A DNA stretch of 64,000 nucleotides, taken from Vicugna vicugna (taxonomy: Eukaryota). Shown here piece by piece: positions 27,667-39,100 of the stretch. Below the pieces are notes generated by a model. That model saw nothing but the letters and a program-made list of their open reading frames with translations. It ran no database searches and was not told the DNA's origin. Both the position numbers and the translations under genes were made by a program. Numbering within the stretch: position 1 is the first letter of the stretch; each line of letters opens with the position of its first letter. Location of the stretch: the NCBI GenBank assembly GCA_013265495.1, contig MU058824.1:4741111-4805110 (forward strand). The letters are read 5' to 3'.

Positions 27667-27947
27667 GCTCGTGCTGAAGGCTTGTTTCCTAGGCTACACA
27701 CGAGGGACTAGTTCCTTACTTTCGCCTAGGGGAAAGTCCCCGGACCTCTGGCAGAGAGTGCCGCGTGCACATGCACGTAGACCTCCCCCTGCTTCCACGG
27801 TTAAAACCGCTAAGAAGCGAACCCGCCCCCGCGGGGAGCCGAGCGGCGTGCTGTAGGTGGTCGTCATCCGTCAGCTCTTAAAAGTTACGCAGGCAGTGCG
27901 CCTCACGGGCGTACCAACCACACGGGGCTCATTCTCAGCGCGGCTGT
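27667..27947 (+). ncRNA. RMRP: RNase MRP RNA
   Basis: Starts GCTCGTGCTGAAGG; conserved GGGGAAAGTCCCCGGACC; ends ACCACACGGGGCTCATTCTCAGCGCGGCTG; syntenic head-to-head with CCDC107. Confidence 0.98.
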
Positions 27948-27951
27948 TTTT
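27947..27951 (+). terminator. Pol III terminator (T5)
   Basis: TTTTT directly after the RMRP 3' end. Confidence 0.9.
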
Positions 27952-29040
27952 ACCCTTAGAAAGTTGCAAGTTACACCCCTGAACTACTCGCTAGATTGTA
28001 AATTCCATGAGCACAGGGGCCATATCTCTTTCTTTGCCGTTTCTTTACCAGGCTATTTCTATAGCCTAGCACAGCACCTGGCGCTAGCTAGTAAGCACTC
28101 AGTGAATCCTCGTTGAATGAAATTAATCTGTTCAAAACGACCTAACAGGTATATGATATATATTACATAATTATTTTAAAGAATAAGGAAACTAAGGTTC
28201 AGGAAGGTTAAGTTAGTAATCAGGTGAGAAGCTGGGCGGAGATTTCAACCCTTTTGTCTCCCGATCTTCTGCCTCACATCCCCACCCACCCCAGCCCTTC
28301 CCCCTCCTTGCCTTCCACGACTTCTACAGGCCGACTTGGGTAGTTTTCCTCCATTCAACACTGTCTTTTAATTGTCTGCCGTACATAGTGTCGTCTTCCT
28401 AATCAGACCAAAAACTCTTGGAGGAAAGAAACCATTTCCCACTCACATTTGTATCTCCAGAGGTTGGCACATAAGCACGGAATCCGTATTGTGTATTTCA
28501 TGAATAAGAAACATGTGTTTAATAAGGAGGCAGGGGCAGAGAGAGACCCGCATCCAGAAATGTCCCTCTAGCCGACTACCCAGAGGCAGCTTGGGCTGCA
28601 GAGCAGAGTAGTCCAAACCCCGACTCTAAGCCAGTTGACAAAATCAATGTAACTAAGTAGTTCGGTCCATGTATAATATGATAAATGGCTCCCAGCTGGC
28701 TTTTGCCTTTAGGGAATTAGGGTTCACTATTCCAGGTCTTCGCATTTTTTCCCCAAAAGATCAACAAATTGAGATTTTTTTAAAGTTGCAAATCTCTCAT
28801 TTTTTTAGTGCTGAGAAGGAATCAGTGACATATTTTTCATATTTGACACCTGAGTGGATCATTTTTAAAAAGTCCTCTTCCACATGACAAAATTATTTTC
28901 AGTAATAATCAGGAAATGAAACAAATAATAGGGTACAGAAAAGAAACTAATAATAATAAGGGCCAGAAATTCAGAGTGAATTACTCTTTTTAATTGAACT
29001 CTGTAGATATAATCATGACAATATAAAAAAGTAGTTAAAA

Positions 29041-29123
29041 TATATGTATGACTGAACCACTAAGCCATACACCAAAAACTAACAGAACACTGTAAATCAA
29101 CTATGCTTCAATAAAAAAAAATT
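29041..29123 (+). mobile_element. Very short L1 3'-end insertion
   Basis: ACTGAACCACT...CACTGTAAATCAACTATGCTTCAATAAAAAA; 15-bp TSD AAAAAGTAGTTAAAA at 29026-29040 and 29124-29138. Confidence 0.85.
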
Positions 29124-29853
29124 AAAAAGTAGTTAAAAATTAAAGATATAAAACAAGAAAGGGTCATGGGTTAGTATTTCTTAGTTACATTATTGTATTT
29201 TTTGAGAAAGGGGCAAAAACCTGATACCTACATATTAACCTGTCTGATGAATAACACTAATTTCTTTTTTTAAAGTTAACTTCTGCAAATTTGTCAAAAG
29301 TAATCTTTGCATATTTATATCCAATAGAGAATATAGCTAGATTTATCAATTTCCACACATAGTTGATTAAAGACTACCTTATTTTTATCTTCATTTCAAA
29401 AAAATTTCCTTCACATGAAGCAACAGACATACAAATAGGAAAAGTCTTAAACATAAGGATGTTTGGCAAAGATTCATAAAAATTCCTTTTCACAATAAAT
29501 TCCAGAAATTTTCAGTATAAATAAAAAGTAAGTGGTTACCTAGAATGACAGAATTGAAGTTACTCAAGCTCAATTTATTTGACTTTTCAATCACTGTGCT
29601 ATCATTGTTTACTTTAAACCTACTTGTTAACTGCAAGAATATGTAATATCATAGGGGTTAGAAACTGAAATTGTGCCCAAACCAAAGAACAATTCCAAAT
29701 TGTTAAGAACTAATTCTAGATGTAAACACATGTAGATGAACCTGCTTGTGTCAGAAGCCAGTTGTATAACTTGGTTCCAGTAGATTATGTTTAAAAGATA
29801 AGTAATATAAACATGCTAATTTGAAGCTTATATGGTATTAAAAACTCATCAGT

Positions 29854-30011
29854 TCACAGGGAAAAAAATTGTGACAATGAATATATATGTTCATGTATTA
29901 CTGAAAAATTGTGCTCTACACTGGAATTTGACACAACATTGTAAAATGACTACAACTCAATAAAAAAAGTTAAAAAAAAAACCCAAAGAGATACCATTAA
30001 AAAAAAAAAAC
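29854..30011 (+). mobile_element. Short L1 3'-end insertion (same family as 15296-16086) with double poly-A
   Basis: TGTGCTCTACACTGGAATTTGACACAACATTGTAAA matches the reverse complement of ~15332-15367; TSD AACTCATCAGT at 29843-29853 and 30012-30022. Confidence 0.9.
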
Positions 30012-31144
30012 AACTCATCAGTAACCGCAGCAATTTGGAACATAGATCTACAAAATATTTTCCAGAAAGGAATATTTTATCATTGATATTTTTTAGAATT
30101 GCTGGAACATGGCGATAAAAAGATACTGAATTTTAGTCAATTTTGTTTTTCAATTCTCTACAGACAATACCGTCTTATTGTCTGCTGGGAGGGGTAGGAC
30201 CTCTCCTGCCATCCCCATCCTTAGCACATTACTGAAATAATTTAAAAATTTTTAAAAACATTGTATGGGCCAGACAAAACATATTTCTGACCTCTGATCT
30301 AAGGTTTATATTAGGAACTGAAAATCCCTCTTCCCACATCAATAACTTCCCACATCATTGGGCTGTCTCGGGGCAGGGCAGGTACCCCACCGCTCCATGA
30401 AGTGAACAAGTGCAAAGACAGGGCTATTGCCCAGGATAGGACTGGGGCAGTTTTCCTTAATTCAACTAACTTTTGAGATTAAGGGTTCTTAGGGACAGTT
30501 GGACGAAGTGGGTCAGGAGGAGGAAATCAAGCTTCCTGTACCCCCCAAACAATTATACCCGTAATAGTAACAATGACAAAGATCATCTTAATACACGTCC
30601 CTTGGGTCAGACTTTGGGTGTGGTGAGATTGTAGGTATCAGGGGGCCTCCCCATCCCACTGCACTTCAGAGCATGTTCATTGAGAAATACATTCTCTGTC
30701 ATGGGATCCTGAGTTGGAGAAAAAAGCAGACACGCTGGGGCAGAAAGGAATCTCTGTCATAAGGCCTGGCTTCCTTGTCTTATTGGTACTGCCTCAAGCC
30801 ACTTCTGCCCCCGTCAAGGTCTTCATGAGCTCACCTGCCCAGTGATTCAGTAAACTCAAGCCTGCATCTATCTTCTACGCCTGAAGAGGGTGCAAGGCCT
30901 GGGGAGTAGGGTGGGGGCGGAAGCCTGGGAGCTGTGGGGTGGTGCAGGTGCAGGCACAGGGCGGTGTCTTTGTTCTTTCACTCATCCTTCCCCTCCCCCT
31001 TCCTCCCCGGAAACCGGTGACTTTGCCACCACCAGTATTGGAGATGCTGAGCTGTGGGGGCCAAGTCCAGGGAGGGGTGGGAGTAAGGGGGACTGCAGCA
31101 GCTGTCAGGCCATAAACCAGGCTAGCCCCTCCGCTCAGGGCAGG

Positions 31145-32118
31145 ATGCTTGCAGTTCTGGCTTCCACATTAGCAGTCCAGAGCAGAAGTGACAATTGCAC
31201 GGATACGGATCGGCTAGCACCTGGTGAGCTGGGCGGGGCAGGGGCAGGAGGAGGGGTCATGTGGCCCCATGTCCCACCTGCTGGGACCTGGAGGGGTAGG
31301 CTGGGCAGTAACACCCCCCACAACCTCTCACATCCACAGGAATCCCCTCTTTGACCGAGGGCTCGGTACTGTGGGCCCTCTTAGGAGCCGTGACGCTGCT
31401 GCTTCTCATCTCATTGGCTGTGCACTTGTCCCAGTGGACTAGTGGCCGGAGCAAGAACCATCTGGGAAACGGACGGTGAGTGGGGGTTAACAGAGATGAG
31501 CTGATCAAGAGTTCCGTCTTACCAAGAAGTCCCCACTAATCCCCTAAACTCTGTGTTGCAGCTCTGGAGAGTCAGTGGAAGACGTCCCTCTGTATGGGAA
31601 CCTACATTATCTGCAGACAGGTAGGAAGCTGGCAGACGCGGGAGGGGAACAGTGGTCAGGTCCTGGGGGGTGGGATGAGGGGGTGCAGGGGGAGGAACGA
31701 GAAGTGACCAGATTCCTGTTCCCTGTCCCAGGACGGCTGTCTCAAGAACCAGGGCCAGACCAACAGGATCCAACACCTGCAGGCCCCGCCAGGGTGAGTC
31801 AGTTGTGGCTGAAGAAGAGTGGAGGGAAGGAAGTGGGGGATTTTTCTAGGGTCCAGTGAACTTCTAACAGCCTTGCATCTCCAGGCTGCGGAGGAGGTGA
31901 TGTGCTACACTAGCCTGCAGCTGCGGCCTCCTCAGGGTCGGATCCCCAGCCCTGGAAGCCCCATCAAGTACTCGGAGGTGGTGCTGGATTCTGAGCCAAA
32001 GCCCCAGGCGTCAGGCCCTGAGCCGGAGCTCTACGCCTCAGTGTGTGCCCAGACCCGCAGAGCCCGGGCTTCCTTTCCAGACCAGGCCTACGCCAACAGC
32101 CAGCCTGCACCCAGCTGA
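31145..32118 (+). CDS. SIT1: Signaling threshold-regulating transmembrane adaptor 1, 5 exons, ~189 aa
   Basis: Exons 31145-31223, 31340-31475, 31562-31620, 31732-31793, 31885-32118. NCT sequon/Cys, TM helix LWALLGAVTLLLLISLAVHL, tyrosine motifs YGNL, YTSL, IKYSEV (ITIM), YASV, YANS; AATAAA 32672-32677. Start codon less certain. Confidence 0.94.
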
Positions 32119-33299
32119 GATGGAGAGCCTGGCACAGTGGGGCATGCATTTGCCCCGTCTCCTCTGTTGTAGAAGTTACTGCTATGCTCTCTGGGGCATG
32201 ACCTTTCCTAACCATCCCCTAAAAACAGGCAGTCATTGCTCAGTCTCAGGGGTGATGTTCCTCGAACTTCCCATCTGAGCTGTGAGGGAGAAATCTCAGA
32301 GGTACGGCAGGCCCTCAGTTTCTTGAGGATGGAGGAGGCAAATACGGTGGCCCCCTCCCCACCTCTCTCTCTCTTTTTTTCGTATATCTATTCCTCCCAG
32401 GTTCTCGCTTCTTCTTCCAGAGTTAACCAGATCCTCCCCACTCTGACTCCCTCATAGTCTAACCCTTAAACCTCAGTATCTCATCAGACACAGGAAGTGG
32501 GGGAGGGAAGGGGGTAAGAAGACACAGATGGGTATCCTCCTCAGGAGCCCACAGGCTGGAGGGGTCTGGAAACTCAGTGACCTGAGGAACCCAAGCCTGG
32601 CTTCTGATCTGAGGACCCTGGCAGAATACCGGTCTCCATCCTGCTGCCTCTGTCATGTCCCTAAATTTTTAAATAAAACTTCTGAAAAAGTGTTTTGATT
32701 TTACATAGAGAGCTACACACCTGCAATGGGCCCCACATGGTGGGGGTGTGAACTCTGCTCTTTGCACAGAGCAGTCTGGGGGCAGCTACCTGGGAAAGAG
32801 GGGCCAAGAGGGGCCACAGCATCCATGCTGCAGGGGTGGAAGCTAGAGGTGGGGGCCGGGACCCAGCTGCTGCTAGAAGATCCCCACGATGTACACACAG
32901 AGCCACCTCACTCCCATCACCGGGGTTTGCAAGCTCCGCGGCCTCTGACCTACATTCCCCAGGGCCACCCCCACAACCTGAGGTCTAGGCCATTTCCCCC
33001 TACAGCCTCTGTAGACCTCTTGACAGATCTTTCTGAGGTTTGAGCAGAAGAAAGGGGAAGCTGTGGCTTTTACTTCCAACTTCCCTCCTAGAATCTCAGA
33101 GAAAACCACTGAGTAGGGAGCCTTGCGCCTCAGACCAGCCCAGTGGTCCCAGTGAGAACAGGGACCCGCCTCTACACACACACACAATAATCCAAATGCC
33201 CCAGGCTTCCTGGCCCTCTGAGGACCCCAACCTGGGTCTCCCCAGAAAATGCCAGTCGCGATTAAAGGCAGGCAGCAAGGGCTGTGTGGGAGGGAGAGT

Positions 33300-33950
33300 G
33301 GCTTTGGGGGAGGGCACCGGATGCGCAGAACCACTGGCAGCGGGATGTGGCGTTCTGAGGGCTGCTGTGCTGAAGGCGGCTTAATGTGTCCGCCGCCTGG
33401 GAGACGTGAGACCCTGACCCTGGAAGAAGCGGAAGCTGGGGTCCTGCAAACCTCCTAGGATGAGCAGGGAACCGCAGCCGAGGTCTCAAACGCTTTCAGA
33501 ACCCCTCTCTCGACCGGGATGGGCTGACCCGCTTCCTCCGCTCGCTCAGGACCAAGGCCCGAGCGCCCCCACCTGGCGCAACGCGGCCTCACCACCACCT
33601 CTGCGCAGGCGTAATTCTGCCCATCCCACAGCACGCCGGGAGATGTAGTCCTGAAAGGGCGGGGCCGCCCCAGCGTCTTTCCTGGGAACTCGTGGAGCTC
33701 TGGCCCAGGGCCTTTGAGAGCTGCGCTTACCACGTTTGCAGAACGTAGCGGACTCTGAGGCTGGGTGCGATTTAACTTTGCTTTCCTTACTGTTCCCAAA
33801 GCCTGGATCCTCTGCCTTCTTTCTCCCCTACAACCCTTTAATTTTTCTTACCTTCTTACCTCCGTCACCGAGGCTTGTGCTGTGGCCTAGGTTCTCAGGA
33901 CTGAACGCTAGGACGGTGGCAACTTACTAATTGATCCCTACGTCTAGGAA
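33300..33950. promoter_or_regulatory. Orphan CpG-rich promoter-like element
   Basis: CpG-dense; NRF1-like TGCGCAGGCGTA 33602-33613; ZNF143/SBS-type ACTACATCTCCCGGCGTGC on minus 33631-33649; GC box GGGCGGGG 33657-33664. Confidence 0.7.
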
Positions 33951-35760
33951 ATAAGTCGGGGCAGCCAGATCTGCCTTAGACACCTTCCAAGGGTCTCCCT
34001 TGCCATATAGCGCTAGTTGGTCAATTCATCTCACCAAATACCTGGTAGTTCTCCTTCCACAGCTCCAGGTGCTTTCCTTAGCGGCCCCACTCCCCTCACT
34101 GGTGTCTGTTTCCAGCCAGAAGGAAGGTCCTGTCCCTGGCAAGTTCCCAGGGGCTAATCCTTAGGGGAAGCCACTAGGGCCTTCTGGGGCCCCAGCTTTC
34201 CCTCTCTTCATGAGATCTGAGCTGGAAGGATAGGAATAAGCCCCACGCCCAAAGCATAAGAGTCTTTGGGACGGTTGAAGGTTCAGTAATAGAAATTCTT
34301 AAGGAATTACAGGTAGGGAGGGAGCCCACCTTGGAAGCCATTCAGCCAAGGCCCCTCCAACGTTGGCCTTGATCTGCACTCTGCCAAGATGAATCTAAAC
34401 TTCCAAAGTGGTTTTCTTTACAAAGGAGGGAAACAAAGCTGGGATATGAGGAGAAATCAAGTCTCAATGACTTCATTTGAAACCTTGGATCCAGCCAAGC
34501 TCAGAACTAGATCAGCCTCCTGAACTTTTTGGTTATGTGAGCTAATGAATTTACTTTTTTTCCTTAAGTCAGACTAAGTTAGATTTCCTCTCTCTTGCAA
34601 CCACGAATTCTGACTAATTCTGTGGGGAAAGACCAGCTGAACAGGGCCAGCTGAAGATGCTAAACCTCTAAGCTCTTTCCTTATTGCTCAACTGCTCCAC
34701 CAGCCACCCTCCTCTGACTGACTTAAATGTGCTATCATGCCATTTACGCTAAGATATTTCTGCTTACTGTGTGAGTTAGTCTCTTGCCAGCCTTTTACAT
34801 TTCTAGAATTACATAGCTGGAAGGAGGCTGAAAGATCTGACCCAAATTTATCATATCCACTGCAGGAACCACCCTATGAGCTTCTTAAACACTCCCAGAG
34901 ATAGGGAGCTCACTACCTTACCAAACCCTCATTTCCAATCTTTCTTATTGATAGAACTTTTTTTTTCTGGAGCCAAAATCTGCCTCCTTGTTACTTTTGT
35001 CACCAGTTCTGTCTCCTGAGCTACAATCATACAGTCTTCTCTGTCCTGTACATTACAGCCCTGGAGGAACTGGGAGCCAGCCCTGATGAATGGGCTAAGG
35101 CTTTTTATTTTTTTTCTTCCCAGGAAAAGCTTTCTAAAGTTCCTTTTACATTTTTGTTTTTTGTTTTTTACAGACCTAGTTTGCAGCCTACTCATCCTTC
35201 CCATTGTTTCTTTCTCTTGACTAGAGTATCTCAAAGCGTGGTGCTATGAAATGAATATAAAAGCTGACATGAAACTGTAGGGGCACATCTCTTTATTGGA
35301 CACTAAGTCTGCAGGGCCTTTGTTTATAAGGAATACACTCATTTAGCCTAGCTTAAGTGAAGGAGTGTTTATTATAAGGACACCTGGAGTAATTAGAAGG
35401 CTGGATGGAATGGGAATCCCAGAACAGTGGCTATGATCTGACTGGGCCTGTGTAGACTGTTATTGGATCTCAGATCTCAGCATTGCTGGGGACCTTGGTG
35501 ACAGAAGGATGCGGGTCTTCACACTCCTGCTCCTCCAGTCCTGTGACAGATGCTCTGTCTCTGCCTCTTTTAGTCCCAGATTTCTTCCCACTTTGCTTAC
35601 TTACTTCCCCATCCCTTACTGTATATTCTCTACTGCATGTTTCTGCTTCCTCAAAACAACTTTATTATTTCCTCCTCTGTCCTATGATCTCAGTTAAATG
35701 TTTAATTATAGGAATAGTTGAACACATGGTAAAAAAACAATAGAACTGAAGGGTATACAA

Positions 35761-35975
35761 CAGTCGTTCTCAACCAGAAGTGACCTTGCCCCCTGGGAAC
35801 ATCTGGCAAAATCCGGAGACATTTCTGGTTGTCACAGCTGGAGAGGGAGTGCTCTTGGTCTACAGTGCGTAGACATCAGGGATGCTGCTGAACATCCTAC
35901 AATGCACAGATTAGCCTCTCGCAACAAAGAATTTCTGGCCCGAAAAGTTAAGGGTGCCAAAGTTGAGAACTCCTA
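35761..35975. mobile_element. MER20-like hAT DNA transposon
   Basis: CAGTCGTTCTCAACC...GGAGACATTTCTGGTTGTCACAGCTGG...AGGGATGCTGCTGAACATCCTACAATGCACAG...GTTGAGAA. Confidence 0.85.
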
Positions 35976-36199
35976 ATAGAGAGGGAAAAACAAAGTAAAA
36001 GGCTATCCCACCACCTCATTGCTACACTAGAGGCACCTACGATTAATGGCTTCTGTTTTTAAGTCTTTTGTTGAATATCACTGTATCTGTCAGTAATATT
36101 GAGACTACTCAGAGCGAGGGGATCCTGGGCATGTGGCAACTCTACTGAAGCTTCCACAACCCTGACAACGCCCAGCTGTAGGTGATGATCTTTAAGTGG

Positions 36200-39100
36200 G
36201 CTCTGTTGAATTCCTGGCTGAGAGAATTCCCTGCAGACAAGTTTTGGAAAACAGCCCTAGAGCCAAGGGCAAGGACCTTCAGGAAGGCAGCAAGTCCCAG
36301 AAACAGCCTGCTTCCCAAGAACAATCAATGGCTTTGCTGAGTCTCCCTGACTCTCCAAAATACTAACGGTGGATACTCCCTTGAGGCGGGGAGAATACAG
36401 AAAAATCAGAGGGCAAAGAGACCTGCTGGAGGAAATAGAACCTCTGAAAAAATGAGAGCCTGGAGGAGATATCTGTGAAACTCAAACACAGATTTCCCTG
36501 AACCTGAAAATGTGATATTAGAACTAAAAACGTCCATAGATAAATCAGAGGAGAGGACAGTCACTACTAAAACTCAAAAATAGGTCTAGAAAATCAAATA
36601 GGTGAAATATCTCAAAACATGTAACAAAAATATGCAGATGCAAATCATGTGGTGAAAGATGGGAAACTGGAACAGACCCATGAGATTTACTGCAAATTGT
36701 ATGAGTTCCTGGTGAAAAATGAACAGAAGAGGAAAGGTCATAATTAAATAATAGATGATATTTCCATGAGCTGAAGAAAGACTTAAGTTACAGACTGGAT
36801 TGACAGAAAGAGACACACACTTCTGAAGGCAGTCAAAAGGCACAAATAAGATAAATAAGTACTAGGGATATAATGTGCAACATAATAAATGTAATTAGCA
36901 CAGCTATATGTTTCATATGTTATATATGAAAGTTAGACTAAATCCTGAGTTCTCATCACAAGAAAAATTTTTTTTTATTTTTAAAATTTTGTATCCATAC
37001 AAGATGATGGATGGTCACTAAACTTATTGTAATAATCATTTCATGATGTATGTAAGTCAAATCCATTATGCTGTACACCTTAAACATATACAGTCCTGCA
37101 TGTCAATTATATCTCAATAAAACTAAAAGGAAAAAAAACAACGCACTTAGCCACATACAGGTTAAAATTCCTAAGCTCTACGGATATGGGAAATCTTACA
37201 CGTTTTCAGGCAGAAAGGTAGTTCTTTCTTCTTATCCGCTACCCTGGAAGTTAAAAGACAGGAAAACTGAATGTGAGTTAATGAAAGAAAAGGCCTGCAA
37301 CCCAGAACCAGCCAAAGAAGACAGACAGACATTTGAAGATTTGCAAAAATCAGTATCTCATCTAAGAAAAATTTATGAAAACAGACTAATGAAACAACAA
37401 ATGAATCAGAACAGAGACTTCAAGATAGGGGAAGATGAAGAGAAGAGGAAAGAAAGCAGTGGGGAGCAACGAACCATGATCTTTATATTTATATCTAAAT
37501 CTCTGTGTATCTATAACGTGTAATATAAATGCTAAATAAGGACCCTTGGAACAGATGAAACACACTGTGAGGGAAGTTCTGATGAAGACTAAATTATCTC
37601 ACTAAAACTCTGGAATTAGGTGGTGGGGATAAGGGGAAGGTAAGTCTTCCAGAATCTAAGGGGGAAGGGGTGGAGGGGTGATAGGGAGGGGGAGGGGGAG
37701 TGAAAGTCATCTAAAGACCAGGTCTTATTGGGGTGTGGAGGAGGTCGAAGATAATTGAGTGTGATGGAAATAGTTGTTCTGTTTTCACTCACTTGAAGAG
37801 CCATGTGAGAAGAGCAGGGCAAGGGATGGTCACTCTTAATAGAATGATAAACCCCGAATTAACAAGGTGGGAAACAGGATGGACAGCCATTCAGTCAATC
37901 CAGCAAAGGCAAAGAGGAGTTCACAACAACGTTAAGACGTTTAGAAACAAGTAAGATGGCAATAATGAACACATCACTCATTACAGTAACTATGAGTGGA
38001 CTGAATCCTGCCATTAAAAGGCTGTCAGACTGTTATAAATAAAATTCTGGTCCATATTATTTAAAAGAAACACACAAAGAAAAATGATAAAGCAACTTTC
38101 AGAATAAAGATGTGGGAAGGGGATACTAGGCAGATAAACAGAAAGCAGTGGTAATGCCAATATCCAACAAGGGGAATTTAAGTTTCAGGCTGAAATCGGT
38201 GTGAGGATGGCTTACAAAGGGTAGGAAAGAACTTTTGGGGTGATGGGGATCTTCTGATCTGGACTGTCGTGGTGGTTACATGACTAAGTACATCTGGCAA
38301 AACTCATGGGATTGCACTTAAAACTGATAAAATATAATGTATGAAAAAAATTAATATATGTAAATCACAATACAGTAAAGCTGGCTTTAAAAAAGGACAA
38401 AATGACTGTGTTCACAAAATTTAAATGCTGAATGAAAAAACAGTGTAATAACAGAAACCTTCTGAATTACCCTGTATCAGGTATTGTATCCCTGAAATAC
38501 CATAAAGATAGCAAGCATTAAAAAAAGGAGGAAAAATAAAGGGTGTACTTATTTCAAAAAATTATAAAAAGAACAAGAAAACAAACCAAAAGTAATCGGA
38601 AAATAAAAGCTGACATGAATGTAATGGAAAACAAACAAAAACACTAAAAAGTACACATTTTTAAAAAACATTTAAAGGGGCTAATGAAACAGAAGAACTT
38701 CTTGCAAGCCCAAGTAAGGAGGAAAAAAAAACAGAATAAAAATAGAAAAGATTAGTTATGAGAAAGAAAACAAAATTACAGATAGAAAAGAGAATTGAAG
38801 AAATGTAAAAAAGTGCAACTTAAAATTCCTTGGCAATTAATTTGAAAATTTAGAGGAAATACATACATTTCAGAAAAAATATAAATTACAAAAATTGACC
38901 CAAAATAAAGAGGAAAGTTTGTATAGCTCAACTTATCTTAGAAAAAACTAGAATAGAAAAGTGATTAGAGATCGACTTTTGGAAAAGACTGTGTTCAAAT
39001 GGTGCCACAGCTGAGCTGTATCTAACCTTAAATAAGAGTAATTTCCATGCCATTTAAACTATAGTCGAGACTACAGAAAAAGAAGAAAGGATCCCATATT

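Larger units (their letters stand above)
28610..30295 (-). mobile_element. Fossil hAT DNA transposon (Tip100/Zaphod-like) with degenerate transposase C-terminus, interrupted by two L1 3' fragments
   Basis: Minus strand ~29270-29490 reads in broken frames as ...ICMSVASCE(G)..., ...STM..., ...NLAIFSI..., FDKFAEV, resembling the hAT dimerisation motif SVASxERSFSxLKxIK...LRSTM...RLxxLAILSIE. Boundaries approximate. Confidence 0.6.
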
